DNA of 64,000 nt, from positions 5,847 through 69,846 of the forward strand of contig CAJVZR010000011.1 in assembly GCA_913019965.1 (NCBI GenBank), written 5' to 3'. The translations under genes were made by a program, and so were the position numbers. Of this stretch, positions 9,604-22,567 are shown piece by piece. Below the pieces are notes generated by a model that was not told the DNA's origin, did not search any database, and saw only the letters and a program-made list of their open reading frames with translations. The stretch is from an uncultured Oleispira sp. Lineage in GTDB: Bacteria > Pseudomonadota > Gammaproteobacteria > Pseudomonadales > Oceanobacteraceae. The first letter of the stretch is position 1. The number at the start of each line of letters is the position of its first letter.

Positions 9604-10596
9604 TTATTGCCAGGTGCGTTCGTAAGCACCTAAAGTCGTTTGCGAACCTTCGGAAAGGTTACTCAAACACCTATCCCATTCTTGCTGTACTTGGAACTCA
9701 GCGGGATTCTTCTTCATGGCATCAATCGCCCTACGCCAAGTTTGGGTGACTTGCCTTGTATAAGCAGGGCTACGCTGTCGACCTTCAATTTTCAGGGCAC
9801 TGATGCCAATATTATTTAATTGGGGTAAAAGGCTTAAGGTATTTAGGCTGGTTGGCTCTTCTAATACGTGGCTGATCTTCCCTTCGACGTTAAAGCGCCC
9901 TTTGCATAAGGTGGGATAACCCGCGTTTTCCCCTTCACCGAAGCGATCAATCAATACATCGTTCAGTCGACTTTCTAAGCCTTGATCCGTTTCTTGCCAG
10001 CGAACGAACTTCGCGGGAGAGCAAGCCCCGACAGTATTGGGGGATTCACCGGTCATATAAGACGATAAATAACAGCGTCCTTCCGCCATAATACACAAGC
10101 TGCCAAAGGCGAATACTTCAAGTTCGATATCAGTATCTTGAGCAAGGTTAGCCACCTGTTGATAGGAAAGTACACGTGGTAATACCACACGCTGTACACC
10201 AAATTGATTAAAAAAATTAATCGCCGCCACATTGGTGGCCGCTGCTTGTACCGAAAGGTGCAGCTCTAGTTCAGGATAATGTGTGGCAGCGTATTCTAAG
10301 ACGGCGATATTAGAAGCAATCAAAACATCCGCCCCTATATCATGGGTCTTCTTCACCGCATCGAACCAGGCCTGGCTACGATCTGGGTGAGCAAAGGTAT
10401 TGACCGCGACATGAACTCGACGATTTTTATCATGGGCGTAGTTAACCCCCTGAGTCATGGTTTTATCGGTGAAATTTAGGCCCGCAAAATGACGCGCATT
10501 AGTATCATTTTTCAAGCCGAGATAAATAGCATCTGCACCTTCATCCACCGCCGCTTTAAGCGCCGGTAAACTGCCTGCAGGACTTAGCAATTCCAT
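9604..10596 (-). CDS. ubiU: O2-independent ubiquinone biosynthesis protein UbiU (U32 family, Fe-S)
   Basis: MELLSPAGSLPALKAAV start (ATG 10596, GGGAG upstream), FGSLCIMAEGRCYLSSY, GACSP, YPTLCKGRF and KIEGRQRSPAY, giving the four-Cys cluster pattern. Confidence 0.92.
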   Translation of the reverse strand: MELLSPAGSLPALKAAVDEGADAIYLGLKNDTNARHFAGLNFTDKTMTQGVNYAHDKNRRVHVAVNTFAHPDRSQAWFDAVKKTHDIGADVLIASNIAVLEYAATHYPELELHLSVQAAATNVAAINFFNQFGVQRVVLPRVLSYQQVANLAQDTDIELEVFAFGSLCIMAEGRCYLSSYMTGESPNTVGACSPAKFVRWQETDQGLESRLNDVLIDRFGEGENAGYPTLCKGRFNVEGKISHVLEEPTSLNTLSLLPQLNNIGISALKIEGRQRSPAYTRQVTQTWRRAIDAMKKNPAEFQVQQEWDRCLSNLSEGSQTTLGAYERTWQ

Positions 10597-10646
10597 ATTA
10601 ACTCCCAATTAGCTCTGAACTCTGTTTAAAAGACACAAACAGTTTC

Positions 10647-10660
10647 TTGATCTTGATTAA
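10647..10660. promoter_or_regulatory. FNR/Anr-like binding site in the divergent ubiU/ubiT promoter region
   Basis: TTGAT-CTTG-ATTAA is a 9/10 match to TTGAT-N4-ATCAA, placed between ubiU and ubiT. Confidence 0.75.
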
Positions 10661-10740
10661 GGCATCGTAAACAAGGTCCAGTAGACTTAATCCGCAAGTC
10701 CTAGCTCAAATACCAACTCATTAAGCGTTATGGATCTACT

Positions 10741-11307
10741 ATGCTATTACAAAAATTGATGCCGCAAAGAATATTGCTGAGTGATGGGCTACCTGCTCGC
10801 CTATTACAACAGGCCAAACAAAAACTGGTCGAGAACTCTTCCTCTCTATTATCACTAGCGCATCGAATTATGCCGACTAAGGTCGAGAGCTACTTTGTCT
10901 TACATCAAGTTAAACGTTTAAGTCAGCCATTTATGGATGATGGTGAAATAGACTTCCTAGATGATAAGGTTGTTGAAGTTGAAATTAGAGATTTATCAGC
11001 GAAATGGTATTTCAGTAAAATTGGCCAGCAGCTAATCATGATGGGTCTATCCGAATCTCGCTCCATCAGCCCACAACCCGATGTCGTCTTCAGCGCCTCT
11101 GTAGATGCTTTAGTATTAATGGCTTCACAAAAGGTCGACCCTGATACGTTGTTTTTTAATCGAAAATTAAAAATTACAGGGGATACCGAATTGGGTTTAG
11201 AAATTAAAAATTTGTTTGATCAGTTTGATCTTGAGCTTTTAGAGAAGCCCTTTAGAAAGCTTCTAGATACCTGGTCAGATCAGTTAATCGCTACCCAAAT
11301 CAGTTGA
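10741..11307 (+). CDS. ubiT: SCP2 lipid-carrier protein UbiT
   Basis: FLDDKVVEVEIRDL and DPDTLFFNRKLKITGDTELGLEIKNLFD (UbiT/YhbT signature). Divergent from ubiU. Confidence 0.9.
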   Translation: MLLQKLMPQRILLSDGLPARLLQQAKQKLVENSSSLLSLAHRIMPTKVESYFVLHQVKRLSQPFMDDGEIDFLDDKVVEVEIRDLSAKWYFSKIGQQLIMMGLSESRSISPQPDVVFSASVDALVLMASQKVDPDTLFFNRKLKITGDTELGLEIKNLFDQFDLELLEKPFRKLLDTWSDQLIATQIS

Positions 11308-11358
11308 TCAACAACCCCCTCCAGCCTAAAGAAAAATACTCATCTATATTTCAGACAT

Positions 11359-11395
11359 AAAAAAACCGAACCCCATTACTGGGATTCGGTTTTTT
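11359..11395. terminator. Bidirectional terminator ending the atp operon and ubiT
   Basis: AAAAAAACCGAACCCC-attact-GGGATTCGGTTTTTT hairpin. Confidence 0.85.
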
Positions 11396-11423
11396 ATGAA
11401 GCAAGAACTCTAGTTAAACTAGA

Positions 11424-11852
11424 TTACTTACCCAACTTACTACGAAGCTGTTGGATCGTACGCAACTGAGCTGCGGCCTCTGCCAACTGAGTCATAGCGC
11501 GTGAGTAATCAAAGTCTGCACTCTGATTCTCTAACGCTTGCTGAGCATGTTTCTGTGCTTCTAATGCTGCGGCCTCATCGAGGTCTGCAGCACGCAAGGC
11601 GGTATCAGCCAAAACAGAAATATTGTTTGGCTGAACTTCTAAATAACCGCCTGAAACATAGATCACTTCTTCCTCACCACCTTGTTTGATGATGCGGATT
11701 GGACCTGGCTTCAATGCAGTAAGCAAAGGAGCGTGACCACGGGAAATACCCAGGTCACCCAACTCACCGGCTGCTACTACCATTTCTACTAGTCCAGAGA
11801 AAAGATTTTCCTCTGCACTAACGATGTCACAATGGACAGCTATCATGGTCAT
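11424..11852 (-). CDS. atpC: F1F0 ATP synthase epsilon subunit
   Basis: [35 protein letters not shown]; last gene of the atp operon. Confidence 0.97.
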   Translation of the reverse strand: MTMIAVHCDIVSAEENLFSGLVEMVVAAGELGDLGISRGHAPLLTALKPGPIRIIKQGGEEEVIYVSGGYLEVQPNNISVLADTALRAADLDEAAALEAQKHAQQALENQSADFDYSRAMTQLAEAAAQLRTIQQLRSKLGK

Positions 11853-11869
11853 AGTATTCGCCTCTTTGA

Positions 11870-13282
<1,413 letters not shown>

Positions 13283-13305
13283 TTAAAAGCCTGAGTAACC
13301 CAGCG

Positions 13306-14166
13306 TTAAACCGCTGCGGCACCGGAGACGATTTCTGAAATTTCTTGGGTAATTGCTGCTTGACGTGCTTTGTTATAAAGCATGTTCAAATCATCAATGA
13401 TGTCACCAGCATTGTCGGTCGCGTTTTTCATCGCCAACATACGAGCTGCTTGTTCACATGCATTGTTTTCAACTACACCCTGATAAACCTGAGATTCTAC
13501 GTAACGCAATAACAGACCTTCTAGGATCTCTTTTGCATCAGGTTCGTAGATATAATCCCAATGGCCTTTCAGCTCTTCGTCTTGTTCTGCCTTCAGTGGT
13601 AATAACTGCGCCACTTCAGGCTCTTGTGTCATGGTGTTCACGAAACGGTTGCGCACTATGTATAAACGATCGATATCACCTGCATCGAAAGCGTCTAACA
13701 TGGCCTTAACCGAACCGATAAGGCTAGCCAGTTCTGGTGCATCGCCTAAATGGCTGGCGGATGCTAGAACGTTGCCACCAAAGCTATTGAAGAAAGTAAC
13801 GGCTTTAGAGCCGATAGCGCAGAAGTCAGCTTCTACACCTTTTTCTTTCCAAGCTTTAACATCTTTTACGAGGTGTTTGAACGCATTGTTGTTCAAACCA
13901 CCACAAAGGCCTCGGTCGGAAGACACCACGATATAGCCAACACGCTTAACTTCGCGGTCTTGCAGATAACGATGACGGTATTCAGAAGTCGCATTAGCTA
14001 GGTGACCAATCACAACACGGATACGATCCGCGTAAGGACGGCTTGCTGCCATACGAGTCTGAGCACGACGCATCTTACTTACAGCAACTTTTTCCATTGC
14101 TGAAGTAATCTTCTGAGTGCTTTGTACACTCGTTATCTGCTCTTTAATCTCTTTGCCGACTGCCAT
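13306..14166 (-). CDS. atpG: F1F0 ATP synthase gamma subunit
   Basis: [39 protein letters not shown]. Confidence 0.99.
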   Translation of the reverse strand: MAVGKEIKEQITSVQSTQKITSAMEKVAVSKMRRAQTRMAASRPYADRIRVVIGHLANATSEYRHRYLQDREVKRVGYIVVSSDRGLCGGLNNNAFKHLVKDVKAWKEKGVEADFCAIGSKAVTFFNSFGGNVLASASHLGDAPELASLIGSVKAMLDAFDAGDIDRLYIVRNRFVNTMTQEPEVAQLLPLKAEQDEELKGHWDYIYEPDAKEILEGLLLRYVESQVYQGVVENNACEQAARMLAMKNATDNAGDIIDDLNMLYNKARQAAITQEISEIVSGAAAV

Positions 14167-14242
14167 AAAAGCTGCCTCATTAACGTTAAATTTAAAGCCG
14201 AGTCGAAACCCGGCTTCAGCTCACAAAATCGCTAAGATCGAT

Positions 14243-15787
14243 TTACCAGGCTTGAGTAGATTTGAATTTCTCAACCAACTCTTTAAGACTTGCAGCAATA
14301 TCTTTGCTGTAGTCGCCTTTAACATTGATCTGAGCCATTAAGTCAGCGAATTCGCTGTTAGCATAAGAGATCAATGCGGCTTCGAAATCGCCAACCTTGT
14401 TCACATCTACGTCGTCTAGGAAGCCTTCAGTAGCAGCAAAAATCGACAGACCCATCTCACCAGTAGACATAGGTGCATATTGCTTCTGCTTCATTAACTC
14501 TGTAACGCGCTGACCGAACTCAAGTTGAGCACGAGTAGCATCGTCAAGGTCAGAAGCAAACTGAGCAAATGCTGCTAGTTCACGGTACTGAGCCAAAGCA
14601 AGACGAATACCACCGCCCAACTTCTTGATAATCTTTGTTTGCGCCGCACCACCAACACGAGAAACCGAAATACCTGCGTTCATTGCTGGACGTACGCCGG
14701 CATTGAATAGGCTAGTTTCAAGGAAGATCTGACCATCGGTAATCGAAATTACGTTAGTCGGTACGAATGCAGAAACGTCTCCGCCCTGAGTTTCGATGAT
14801 AGGAAGAGCGGTTAAAGAACCAGTCTGACCTTCAACGCCACTTACGTTTTTCACGTAATCAGGGTTAACGCGACAAGCACGTTCTAGTAGACGAGAGTGA
14901 AGATAGAAAACATCACCAGGGTATGCTTCACGACCCGGAGGACGCTTCAACAATAGTGAGATCTGACGATAAGCCCAAGCTTGCTTGGTTAAATCATCAT
15001 ATACGATCAAGGCGTCTTCGCCTTTGTCTAGGAAGTATTCACCCATCGCACAACCAGCATATGGAGCAAGATACAGCATAGATGCTGGATCAGACGCGCC
15101 TGCGGCTACGATAATAGTGTGGTCCATCGCGCCGTGCTCTTCTAACTTACGAACAACGTTCGCGATAGAAGATTGCTTCTGGCCGATAGCAACATATACA
15201 CATTTAACACCGGTGCCTTTCTGGTTGATAATGGCGTCGATAGCCATTGCAGATTTACCAGTCTGACGGTCACCAATGATCAGCTCACGCTGACCACGAC
15301 CAACAGGTACCATGGAATCTACAGATTTATAACCAGTCTCTAACGGCTGATCTACGCCTTGACGTGAAATTACACCAGGTGCAACACGTTCTACAGGAGC
15401 AGTAGTAGCTGTTTCGATAGGACCTTTACCGTCGATTGGGTTACCTAGTGCGTCTACAACGCGGCCAAGCAATGCTTCGCCAGTAGGTACTTCCAAGATA
15501 CGGCCGGTACATTTAGCGGTTTGGCCTTCAGCGATTGATTTATAATCGCCAAGAACTACTGCACCTACAGAGTCACGCTCTAGGTTAAGTGCAAGACCGT
15601 ATTTACCGCCTTCAAATTCAATCATCTCACCGTACATTACGTCGGCAAGACCATGGATACGAACGATACCGTCGAATACTGAAACAACGGTGCCCTCATT
15701 CTGGGCTTGAGAAGTAACATCAAGGTTATCGATGCGCTTCTTAATGATTTCGCTGATCTCAGATGGATTCAGTTGCTGCATGCTCAT
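14243..15787 (-). CDS. atpA: F1F0 ATP synthase alpha subunit
   Basis: [17 protein letters not shown]-like [36 protein letters not shown]. Confidence 0.99.
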   Translation of the reverse strand: MSMQQLNPSEISEIIKKRIDNLDVTSQAQNEGTVVSVFDGIVRIHGLADVMYGEMIEFEGGKYGLALNLERDSVGAVVLGDYKSIAEGQTAKCTGRILEVPTGEALLGRVVDALGNPIDGKGPIETATTAPVERVAPGVISRQGVDQPLETGYKSVDSMVPVGRGQRELIIGDRQTGKSAMAIDAIINQKGTGVKCVYVAIGQKQSSIANVVRKLEEHGAMDHTIIVAAGASDPASMLYLAPYAGCAMGEYFLDKGEDALIVYDDLTKQAWAYRQISLLLKRPPGREAYPGDVFYLHSRLLERACRVNPDYVKNVSGVEGQTGSLTALPIIETQGGDVSAFVPTNVISITDGQIFLETSLFNAGVRPAMNAGISVSRVGGAAQTKIIKKLGGGIRLALAQYRELAAFAQFASDLDDATRAQLEFGQRVTELMKQKQYAPMSTGEMGLSIFAATEGFLDDVDVNKVGDFEAALISYANSEFADLMAQINVKGDYSKDIAASLKELVEKFKSTQAW

Positions 15788-15794
15788 CCCTCAA

Positions 15795-16331
15795 CTAGGT
15801 GTCCATCGCTTCGGCTAGCTTAGCTAGCTTACCGCGAACAGAACCATCGATGACTAAGTCTCCAGCACGAATAATAACGCCGCCAACCAATTCTTGGTCA
15901 ACTTCGCCCGTTAAACGTACGTCGCACTGTAATTTGTTTTTCAGTGCTTGAGACAATGTTTCTTGTTGTGCGTCTGTTAGTGCAAAAGCAGAAGTTACAG
16001 TCACGTCAACTGCGTGTTCCTGTGCTGCTTTTAACTCTTCAAAGGCTTCAACAATTTCTGGTAACAAAGTTAGGCGTTTATTTTCGCCTAGAATCATCAG
16101 GAAATTTTTTCCTGCCTGATTTAACTTGTCACCGCACAAGTCGGTTAATGCCGTAGCTTGTTGCTCAGCGGTAAGAGACGGATGTACTAGCACTTGGGCT
16201 AACTCATCATCGGCGGCGAACTGAGTCGCTACCGATAACATGTCAGACCACTGTGCTAGAGCATTCTGCTCTACTGCTTCAGCAAAAGCCGCTTTGGCAT
16301 AAGGCCGCGCAAGAGTGGTTAATTCAGCCAT
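15795..16331 (-). CDS. atpH: F1F0 ATP synthase delta subunit
   Basis: TTLARPYAKAAF, GGVIIRAGDLVIDGSVRGKL. Confidence 0.98.
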   Translation of the reverse strand: MAELTTLARPYAKAAFAEAVEQNALAQWSDMLSVATQFAADDELAQVLVHPSLTAEQQATALTDLCGDKLNQAGKNFLMILGENKRLTLLPEIVEAFEELKAAQEHAVDVTVTSAFALTDAQQETLSQALKNKLQCDVRLTGEVDQELVGGVIIRAGDLVIDGSVRGKLAKLAEAMDT

Positions 16332-16342
16332 GGCTTCCTCGC

Positions 16343-16813
16343 TTAAAGCTCGTTAGCCAACTGATCAAGTAACTCGCCGTGAGTTGCTTCATCAACTGAT
16401 TTTGCCAAGATTTTGGATGCACCAGCCACTGCAAGAGCAGAAACCTGTTGACGCAATCCTTCTTTAGCACGATTCACATCTTGCTCAATTTCAGCTTGAG
16501 CCGCAGCTGCCAAACGAGAACCTTCTTCACGAGCAGCTTCTTTAGCTTCATCGATGATTTGGTTAGCGCGCTTGTTAGCCTGCTCAATGATTTCTGCTGC
16601 TTTTTCTTTGCTTTCACGTAACTGTTCGCCTGCTTTTTGTTGAGCAAGTTCAAGGTCACGAGTAGCGCGATTAGCTGCATCTAGGCCATCAGCAATTTTC
16701 TTTTCGCGTTCAGCCATTGCACCTAAAAGGTGAGGCCAAACATACTTCATGCAAAAAGCCACGAAGATTGCGAAAGTAATGATCTGGCCGATCAAAGTTG
16801 CATTAATGTTCAT
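16343..16813 (-). CDS. atpF: F1F0 ATP synthase subunit b
   Basis: [27 protein letters not shown] membrane anchor followed by a coiled coil. Confidence 0.98.
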   Translation of the reverse strand: MNINATLIGQIITFAIFVAFCMKYVWPHLLGAMAEREKKIADGLDAANRATRDLELAQQKAGEQLRESKEKAAEIIEQANKRANQIIDEAKEAAREEGSRLAAAAQAEIEQDVNRAKEGLRQQVSALAVAGASKILAKSVDEATHGELLDQLANEL

Positions 16814-16840
16814 GCCAGAGCCCTCTTAAATAAAATGAAA

Positions 16841-17095
<255 letters not shown>

Positions 17096-17123
17096 TTAGT
17101 GAGTTAAAACGTTTTTGAAAAAA

Positions 17124-18026
<903 letters not shown>

Positions 18027-18094
18027 TCACTCTCAATCTTAAGTTTAAAAAAGTGTTAAAAAGCTCTGATGAATTCATTCTCAGAATGAACTCA

Positions 18095-18463
18095 TCAGAG
18101 CTTCGCAATTCTTGCTGCCATCACGTGACTAAACTGCACGATGATGAACGCCCCAAACAATGCCCAGGGATTCAAAGGATCTACTCGGGAAAAGATCACT
18201 GCAAAACTAACTGCGGTGAGAACAAATTTCCACGACTCCCCTTGATAAAACGATCGCACGACCTGATCTACTGAACGTGCTCCGCTGTATTTAAACGCTC
18301 GCCAAATGAAATACCCGTTAGGTATCGCACAGGTTAAACCACCTAAAAGGGCTGAATAACCGGCTTCAAAGCTATATATCAAGGCGAATAACGCGATGAT
18401 AAAACTTAAAGCAAACTGCATCATGGCGATGCGATAAACCGGAGGCCTAGCTATCGATGTCAC
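18095..18463 (-). CDS. atpI: ATP synthase accessory protein I
   Basis: Four-TM protein with FYQGESWKFVLT; first gene of the atp operon; GTG start. Confidence 0.9.
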   Translation of the reverse strand: MTSIARPPVYRIAMMQFALSFIIALFALIYSFEAGYSALLGGLTCAIPNGYFIWRAFKYSGARSVDQVVRSFYQGESWKFVLTAVSFAVIFSRVDPLNPWALFGAFIIVQFSHVMAARIAKL

Positions 18464-18737
18464 GGAAGACCTCTCTTTTCGCCCATAATTTTAGGCGCAT
18501 GGATTATATTGATTTGCGTCACAATCTTCAACCAAAAGCTGGTTTTTAGGCCGATTTAATTGTTTAGAAGTGTCTCTTAAAGCATATATTCAAAAATATA
18601 TGTGACGATTCTGCGTTCTCCACTCTTCCGCTTGTAAAGAAAACTCAGACTATTTCTATGGTATATTCTTGTTTTTAAAATTCTATGTAAATCAAACTAC
18701 GTCTGCTTACCTAATGAGGTTAGCCTAGGTCATAACA

Positions 18738-19406
18738 ATTAAAATTAAACAGACCCGCTCCCTAAGCACTAAAGATAAAGAGCAGCGCCGCGAAGATATC
18801 ATAGACGCAGCTGAGAATGCTTTTTTTACCAGTCATTTTGACAAGGTCTCTATGGCCAGTATTGCTTCTCGAGCAAACTTAAGCCGTCCTTTGGTCTATG
18901 TCTATTTTGAAGATAAGGCTGATCTTTATTTGGCCATCATGGCTCGTGCAAGCCACGAGTTAAAAACAAGATTTACCAACGCTTACTGTGAAGGTGATAG
19001 TGGGCTTTCACAAATTAAAGCGCTAGGGTACGCCTACTACGGTTTTTACCGGGATAAACCTGAATACTTCCATATGTTTTCAGACGCTAGAGCCTTATTA
19101 AATAATTTTTCCGGAGAGCCCTCCGATAAAGAGCAACAAACCATGAAATTGTTAATCACAACAGCCAAAGACTGCATGGCGATTATGATTAAAGCTCTGA
19201 GTAATGGCACGAAAGATGGGAGCCTCTGTGAAGAACGCACGGGCGACCCCGTAAAAGCGGCTTATTTTCTTAGAGGTATGCTTCATGGCGTGATCTTAGG
19301 CGCGACCACTGATCCTACCTTCTCTGAAAATCAATCCAATTTTAATCTTGAAGAGTTAATTAGCTACAGCATAGGGAATGCTAGTTACGCACTAGCATCC
19401 GATTAG
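18738..19406 (+). CDS. TetR/AcrR-family transcriptional regulator; start codon uncertain (non-canonical start or damaged 5' end)
   Basis: The frame of ATG 18852 stays open upstream and encodes helix 1 of the TetR HTH (KEQRREDIIDAAENAFFTSHFDKVS, then MASIASRANLSRPLVYVYFEDKADL). No ATG/GTG/TTG occurs between TAG 18726 and 18852. Confidence 0.75.
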   Translation: MKIKQTRSLSTKDKEQRREDIIDAAENAFFTSHFDKVSMASIASRANLSRPLVYVYFEDKADLYLAIMARASHELKTRFTNAYCEGDSGLSQIKALGYAYYGFYRDKPEYFHMFSDARALLNNFSGEPSDKEQQTMKLLITTAKDCMAIMIKALSNGTKDGSLCEERTGDPVKAAYFLRGMLHGVILGATTDPTFSENQSNFNLEELISYSIGNASYALASD

Positions 19407-19415
19407 AACACACAT

Positions 19416-19443
19416 AAAAAAGGCAGACCTAAGCCTGCCTTTA
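19416..19443. terminator. Bidirectional terminator between the TetR gene and the secreted-protein gene
   Basis: AAAAAAGGCAG-acctaagc-CTGCCTTT hairpin between convergent genes. Confidence 0.75.
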
Positions 19444-19464
19444 ATTGCGCAATCCTATTTCTAC

Positions 19465-21327
19465 TTAGCGGCGTGCTCTTAGTAGCCCTGCCATAGCAAA
19501 CATAAGGGCAAATGCATAAAAAGACCAAGCTCCAGCTACGGTCACTCGGTATACATCATATTCAGTCCCATCAATGGTCTGCTGTTCAATTGAGGTAGTT
19601 GCTTTTGCTTTCTTTGGTAAGCCATTAAAAATGACTTGGTCAAAGTCACCTTGAATACCGTTAAAAGCGCCATCCGCTAGTTCGATACCCGTTTTCTTTT
19701 CAACACGAATCAAATCAATGACTGCATCTTTTTTGCCTAAGCCTTCGGCAAAATTTACTTCCAAAGTACCGTCTAGTGTTACTTGCAAGGCATCGATGGC
19801 AGCATATAACTGCGAACTGCCACGAGCATTGCTCGCAGACGCACGATCACGACCTTCAGCAGACATCACTAACTTATTACCAGGTAATAATTTCAAAGCC
19901 CCTTCATTGGCTTCCAGAAGATTAAAATCTCCCGAGTTATCAGCATCTTGGGTATCGGTTAAAGATAAGAAACTGTTTTTCAACGACAGTAGACCCTGAG
20001 TTCCCGCAGAACCCGCAACCACTTGCTGCGCTGTGATCAAGGAAGACTCAGCGTTTAGTTCCCCAGATACCTTATCATCAACTCCCAAAACAAGACTGTC
20101 GTGAGACAGCTCACTGTCTACATCAGCAATCTGAATGTCTTCATTCACCGCTAGCAAAGAGTTTTTCAAGCTCACACCCGCTTCCAGTATTCCGGTTGAA
20201 TCAGCTTCGATTGAACCGTAGGAAGCAATCTCAACCAAATCACCGACTCTGATTTCAGAATTTTCTGCGGTAAAGAAAGCTCGATCTTCACCCCGTGATC
20301 CTTTATCCACATTAATATCCGTAAGCTGAATATCAAAACGTACATCCAGAGTCGAGTTAATAAAAGTCACGTCAGCTAGACCTTTTACCACACTATTTTC
20401 AGCGTAAGCACCAACATCTCCCATAATCAAACGGAAATTAAGATCGACATCAGAATCGCGAAAAACGGCTTTAACCTGATTGTCCACATTATTATTGCTC
20501 GACATATCATCCGAGTAGCTACGGGCTGAGGTGTATTCCGCAAACTCCAGCCAATCAGCCAAAATGGTTGAGCGCTCAACGATCATATCCACTTTGGAAT
20601 TCAGGGTAGAACTTTCCACCCCCGGAGCGATATGAATATCACTGCCAATTTCCAAATCAAGCTTAGGCTGACTGGTCCAGGTCACATCGTATAAGCCAAT
20701 GTTCGCCTCAGCGTTAACAACCGTGCCATTTGAACCACGCTCAATATCAATGTCGCCAGCAAGAATGTTTTCACGATCCGTGGTATTCACCACCACATTA
20801 CTTAGTACCAATTCGCTGCTCAGGTTAGCCTGTGCAACGTTTACAAAATCGGCTTGATGATCAAACTCTTCAATATTCAGCGACCCGTTACTGTGCTTAA
20901 AGCTGATGGTTTTAGCCCCTGCCATCTTCGCTTTCATCAAGTTAATTCCCAAGGGCGCATTGATGTCGGCGTTCTGAACATTAACAGACGCCTTGGCGTC
21001 CGTTGCTTGGCTCTCGATATGAGCCAATGTGATTTCAGTGGTATTCAAATCCGTACCATCACTGACCAAATGACCTTCACCTTCCAAACCGATATAGAGG
21101 TGCTGAGTATTGGCCGCAATTGGACCATTAACAATTACCGTATCACCATTACTAATTTGCACAGAATAATCAGCACTAGGTACTAATAAATCATCCCAGT
21201 TTTTGGCGACAAACCAATCATTTGACACAGATCCATTCCAAGCTGTTGGAGCAGATAAAGCGGTAGCCGAACCAAGCGCTAAAATAGCGGCAATTAATGG
21301 ATTAGGTGAAATTTTTGGTTTTTTCAT
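19465..21327 (-). CDS. Secreted beta-rich surface protein with GlyGly-CTERM-like C-terminal anchor
   Basis: Signal peptide MKKPKISPNPLIAAILALGSATALSA from ATG 21327 (ORF track starts at 21411). Degenerate x-N-S-x-(I/L)-x-V repeats. C-terminus AGAWSFYAFALMFAMAGLL-RARR (TM helix plus basic tail). Confidence 0.7.
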   Translation of the reverse strand: MKKPKISPNPLIAAILALGSATALSAPTAWNGSVSNDWFVAKNWDDLLVPSADYSVQISNGDTVIVNGPIAANTQHLYIGLEGEGHLVSDGTDLNTTEITLAHIESQATDAKASVNVQNADINAPLGINLMKAKMAGAKTISFKHSNGSLNIEEFDHQADFVNVAQANLSSELVLSNVVVNTTDRENILAGDIDIERGSNGTVVNAEANIGLYDVTWTSQPKLDLEIGSDIHIAPGVESSTLNSKVDMIVERSTILADWLEFAEYTSARSYSDDMSSNNNVDNQVKAVFRDSDVDLNFRLIMGDVGAYAENSVVKGLADVTFINSTLDVRFDIQLTDINVDKGSRGEDRAFFTAENSEIRVGDLVEIASYGSIEADSTGILEAGVSLKNSLLAVNEDIQIADVDSELSHDSLVLGVDDKVSGELNAESSLITAQQVVAGSAGTQGLLSLKNSFLSLTDTQDADNSGDFNLLEANEGALKLLPGNKLVMSAEGRDRASASNARGSSQLYAAIDALQVTLDGTLEVNFAEGLGKKDAVIDLIRVEKKTGIELADGAFNGIQGDFDQVIFNGLPKKAKATTSIEQQTIDGTEYDVYRVTVAGAWSFYAFALMFAMAGLLRARR

Positions 21328-21588
21328 AGCGAAAAACTCCGTTATTAAAATAGTTGTAACCTTATGTAAGCGGAATTTTAACCAACTTATGGCTAATTGA
21401 CAATATGTCAATACAGTTATGTTTAGAGTTTAGCGAACCATGCTCCACAACTAATCAGGGATAACTAGTTGATAATTTATAATAAAAGGTGCATCAGGGA
21501 TTCAGATTTTGAGCTAAATGAGAAGGGCTAAATCCGTTTAACATTCTTAATAAGTGTTAAATGGGTTTAGCCGTTTTTGCATAATTTT

Positions 21589-22551
21589 TTATTGGATATG
21601 AGCGAGAATGCCATCCAATTCATCGAGATTACTGTAGTTAATGACCAACTTACCTTTGCCTTTGGCGGAATGCTGAATCGCCACATTAGCGCCTAAGCGT
21701 TCACCTAATGTACGTTCTAATCGTTGAATATCTGGATTCGGGCGGGCTTTTTCTTTTGTCTGTGAAACCTGCTTGGCTTCGTCTTGTAAATTACGGACAT
21801 ACGCTTCGGTTTGACGCACGGTCATTTCTTTTGCAACCACGTGACGCGCGGCTTCACTTTGCTGCTGATCATGCAAACCTAGCAAGGCTTTAGCATGACC
21901 CATTTCAATATCACCACGCTCAAGCATGATCTTTACATCATCATTAAGCTGCATCAGACGCAATAGGTTAGCGACGGTAGCGCGTGATTTACCCACCGCA
22001 TCACCGACTTCTTGCTGCGTCAGTTCAAATTCATGCTGCAAGCGATGAAGCGCTTGCGCTTCTTCCATCGCATTTAGATTTTCACGCTGAATATTTTCAA
22101 TCAAAGCCATAGCGATCGCGGCATCGTCTGGCACATCTTTGATGATGACAGGAACCGTATCTAGACCCGCTAACTGAGTTGCACGCCAACGACGTTCACC
22201 GGCAATGATTTCATAACGATCGTCTTGACCTTCTACATCACTAGAAAGTGGACGAATGACGATGGGCTGCATTAGACCTTGAGCTTTAATAGAAGCTGCA
22301 AGCTCTTCTAATGCTTCTTGGTGCATGTCTTTACGTGGCTGATACTGCCCTGGCTGAATAAATTCAACGGGCAGATGCTTTATACCTTGGACGGAATTAT
22401 TCGATTTAACTTCCGAAGGCTGAATACTAACTTCTTGAACGTCGTTAGTATTCGCTGCATCCGTTGCAGGCTTGTTCTGTGCTAATGCATCACCTAATAA
22501 TGCATCGAGGCCACGACCTAGGCCACGTTTCTTTGACATGCTGTTTTCCAA
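21589..22551 (-). CDS. parB: Chromosome partitioning protein ParB
   Basis: KKRGLGRGLDALL, QPRK, GLMQPIVIR, IIAGERRWRA, ALIENIQRENLN, HTH GKSRATVANLLRL. Confidence 0.98.
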   Translation of the reverse strand: MENSMSKKRGLGRGLDALLGDALAQNKPATDAANTNDVQEVSIQPSEVKSNNSVQGIKHLPVEFIQPGQYQPRKDMHQEALEELAASIKAQGLMQPIVIRPLSSDVEGQDDRYEIIAGERRWRATQLAGLDTVPVIIKDVPDDAAIAMALIENIQRENLNAMEEAQALHRLQHEFELTQQEVGDAVGKSRATVANLLRLMQLNDDVKIMLERGDIEMGHAKALLGLHDQQQSEAARHVVAKEMTVRQTEAYVRNLQDEAKQVSQTKEKARPNPDIQRLERTLGERLGANVAIQHSAKGKGKLVINYSNLDELDGILAHIQ

Positions 22552-22567
22552 TTAGTCAGGAGCTAAA

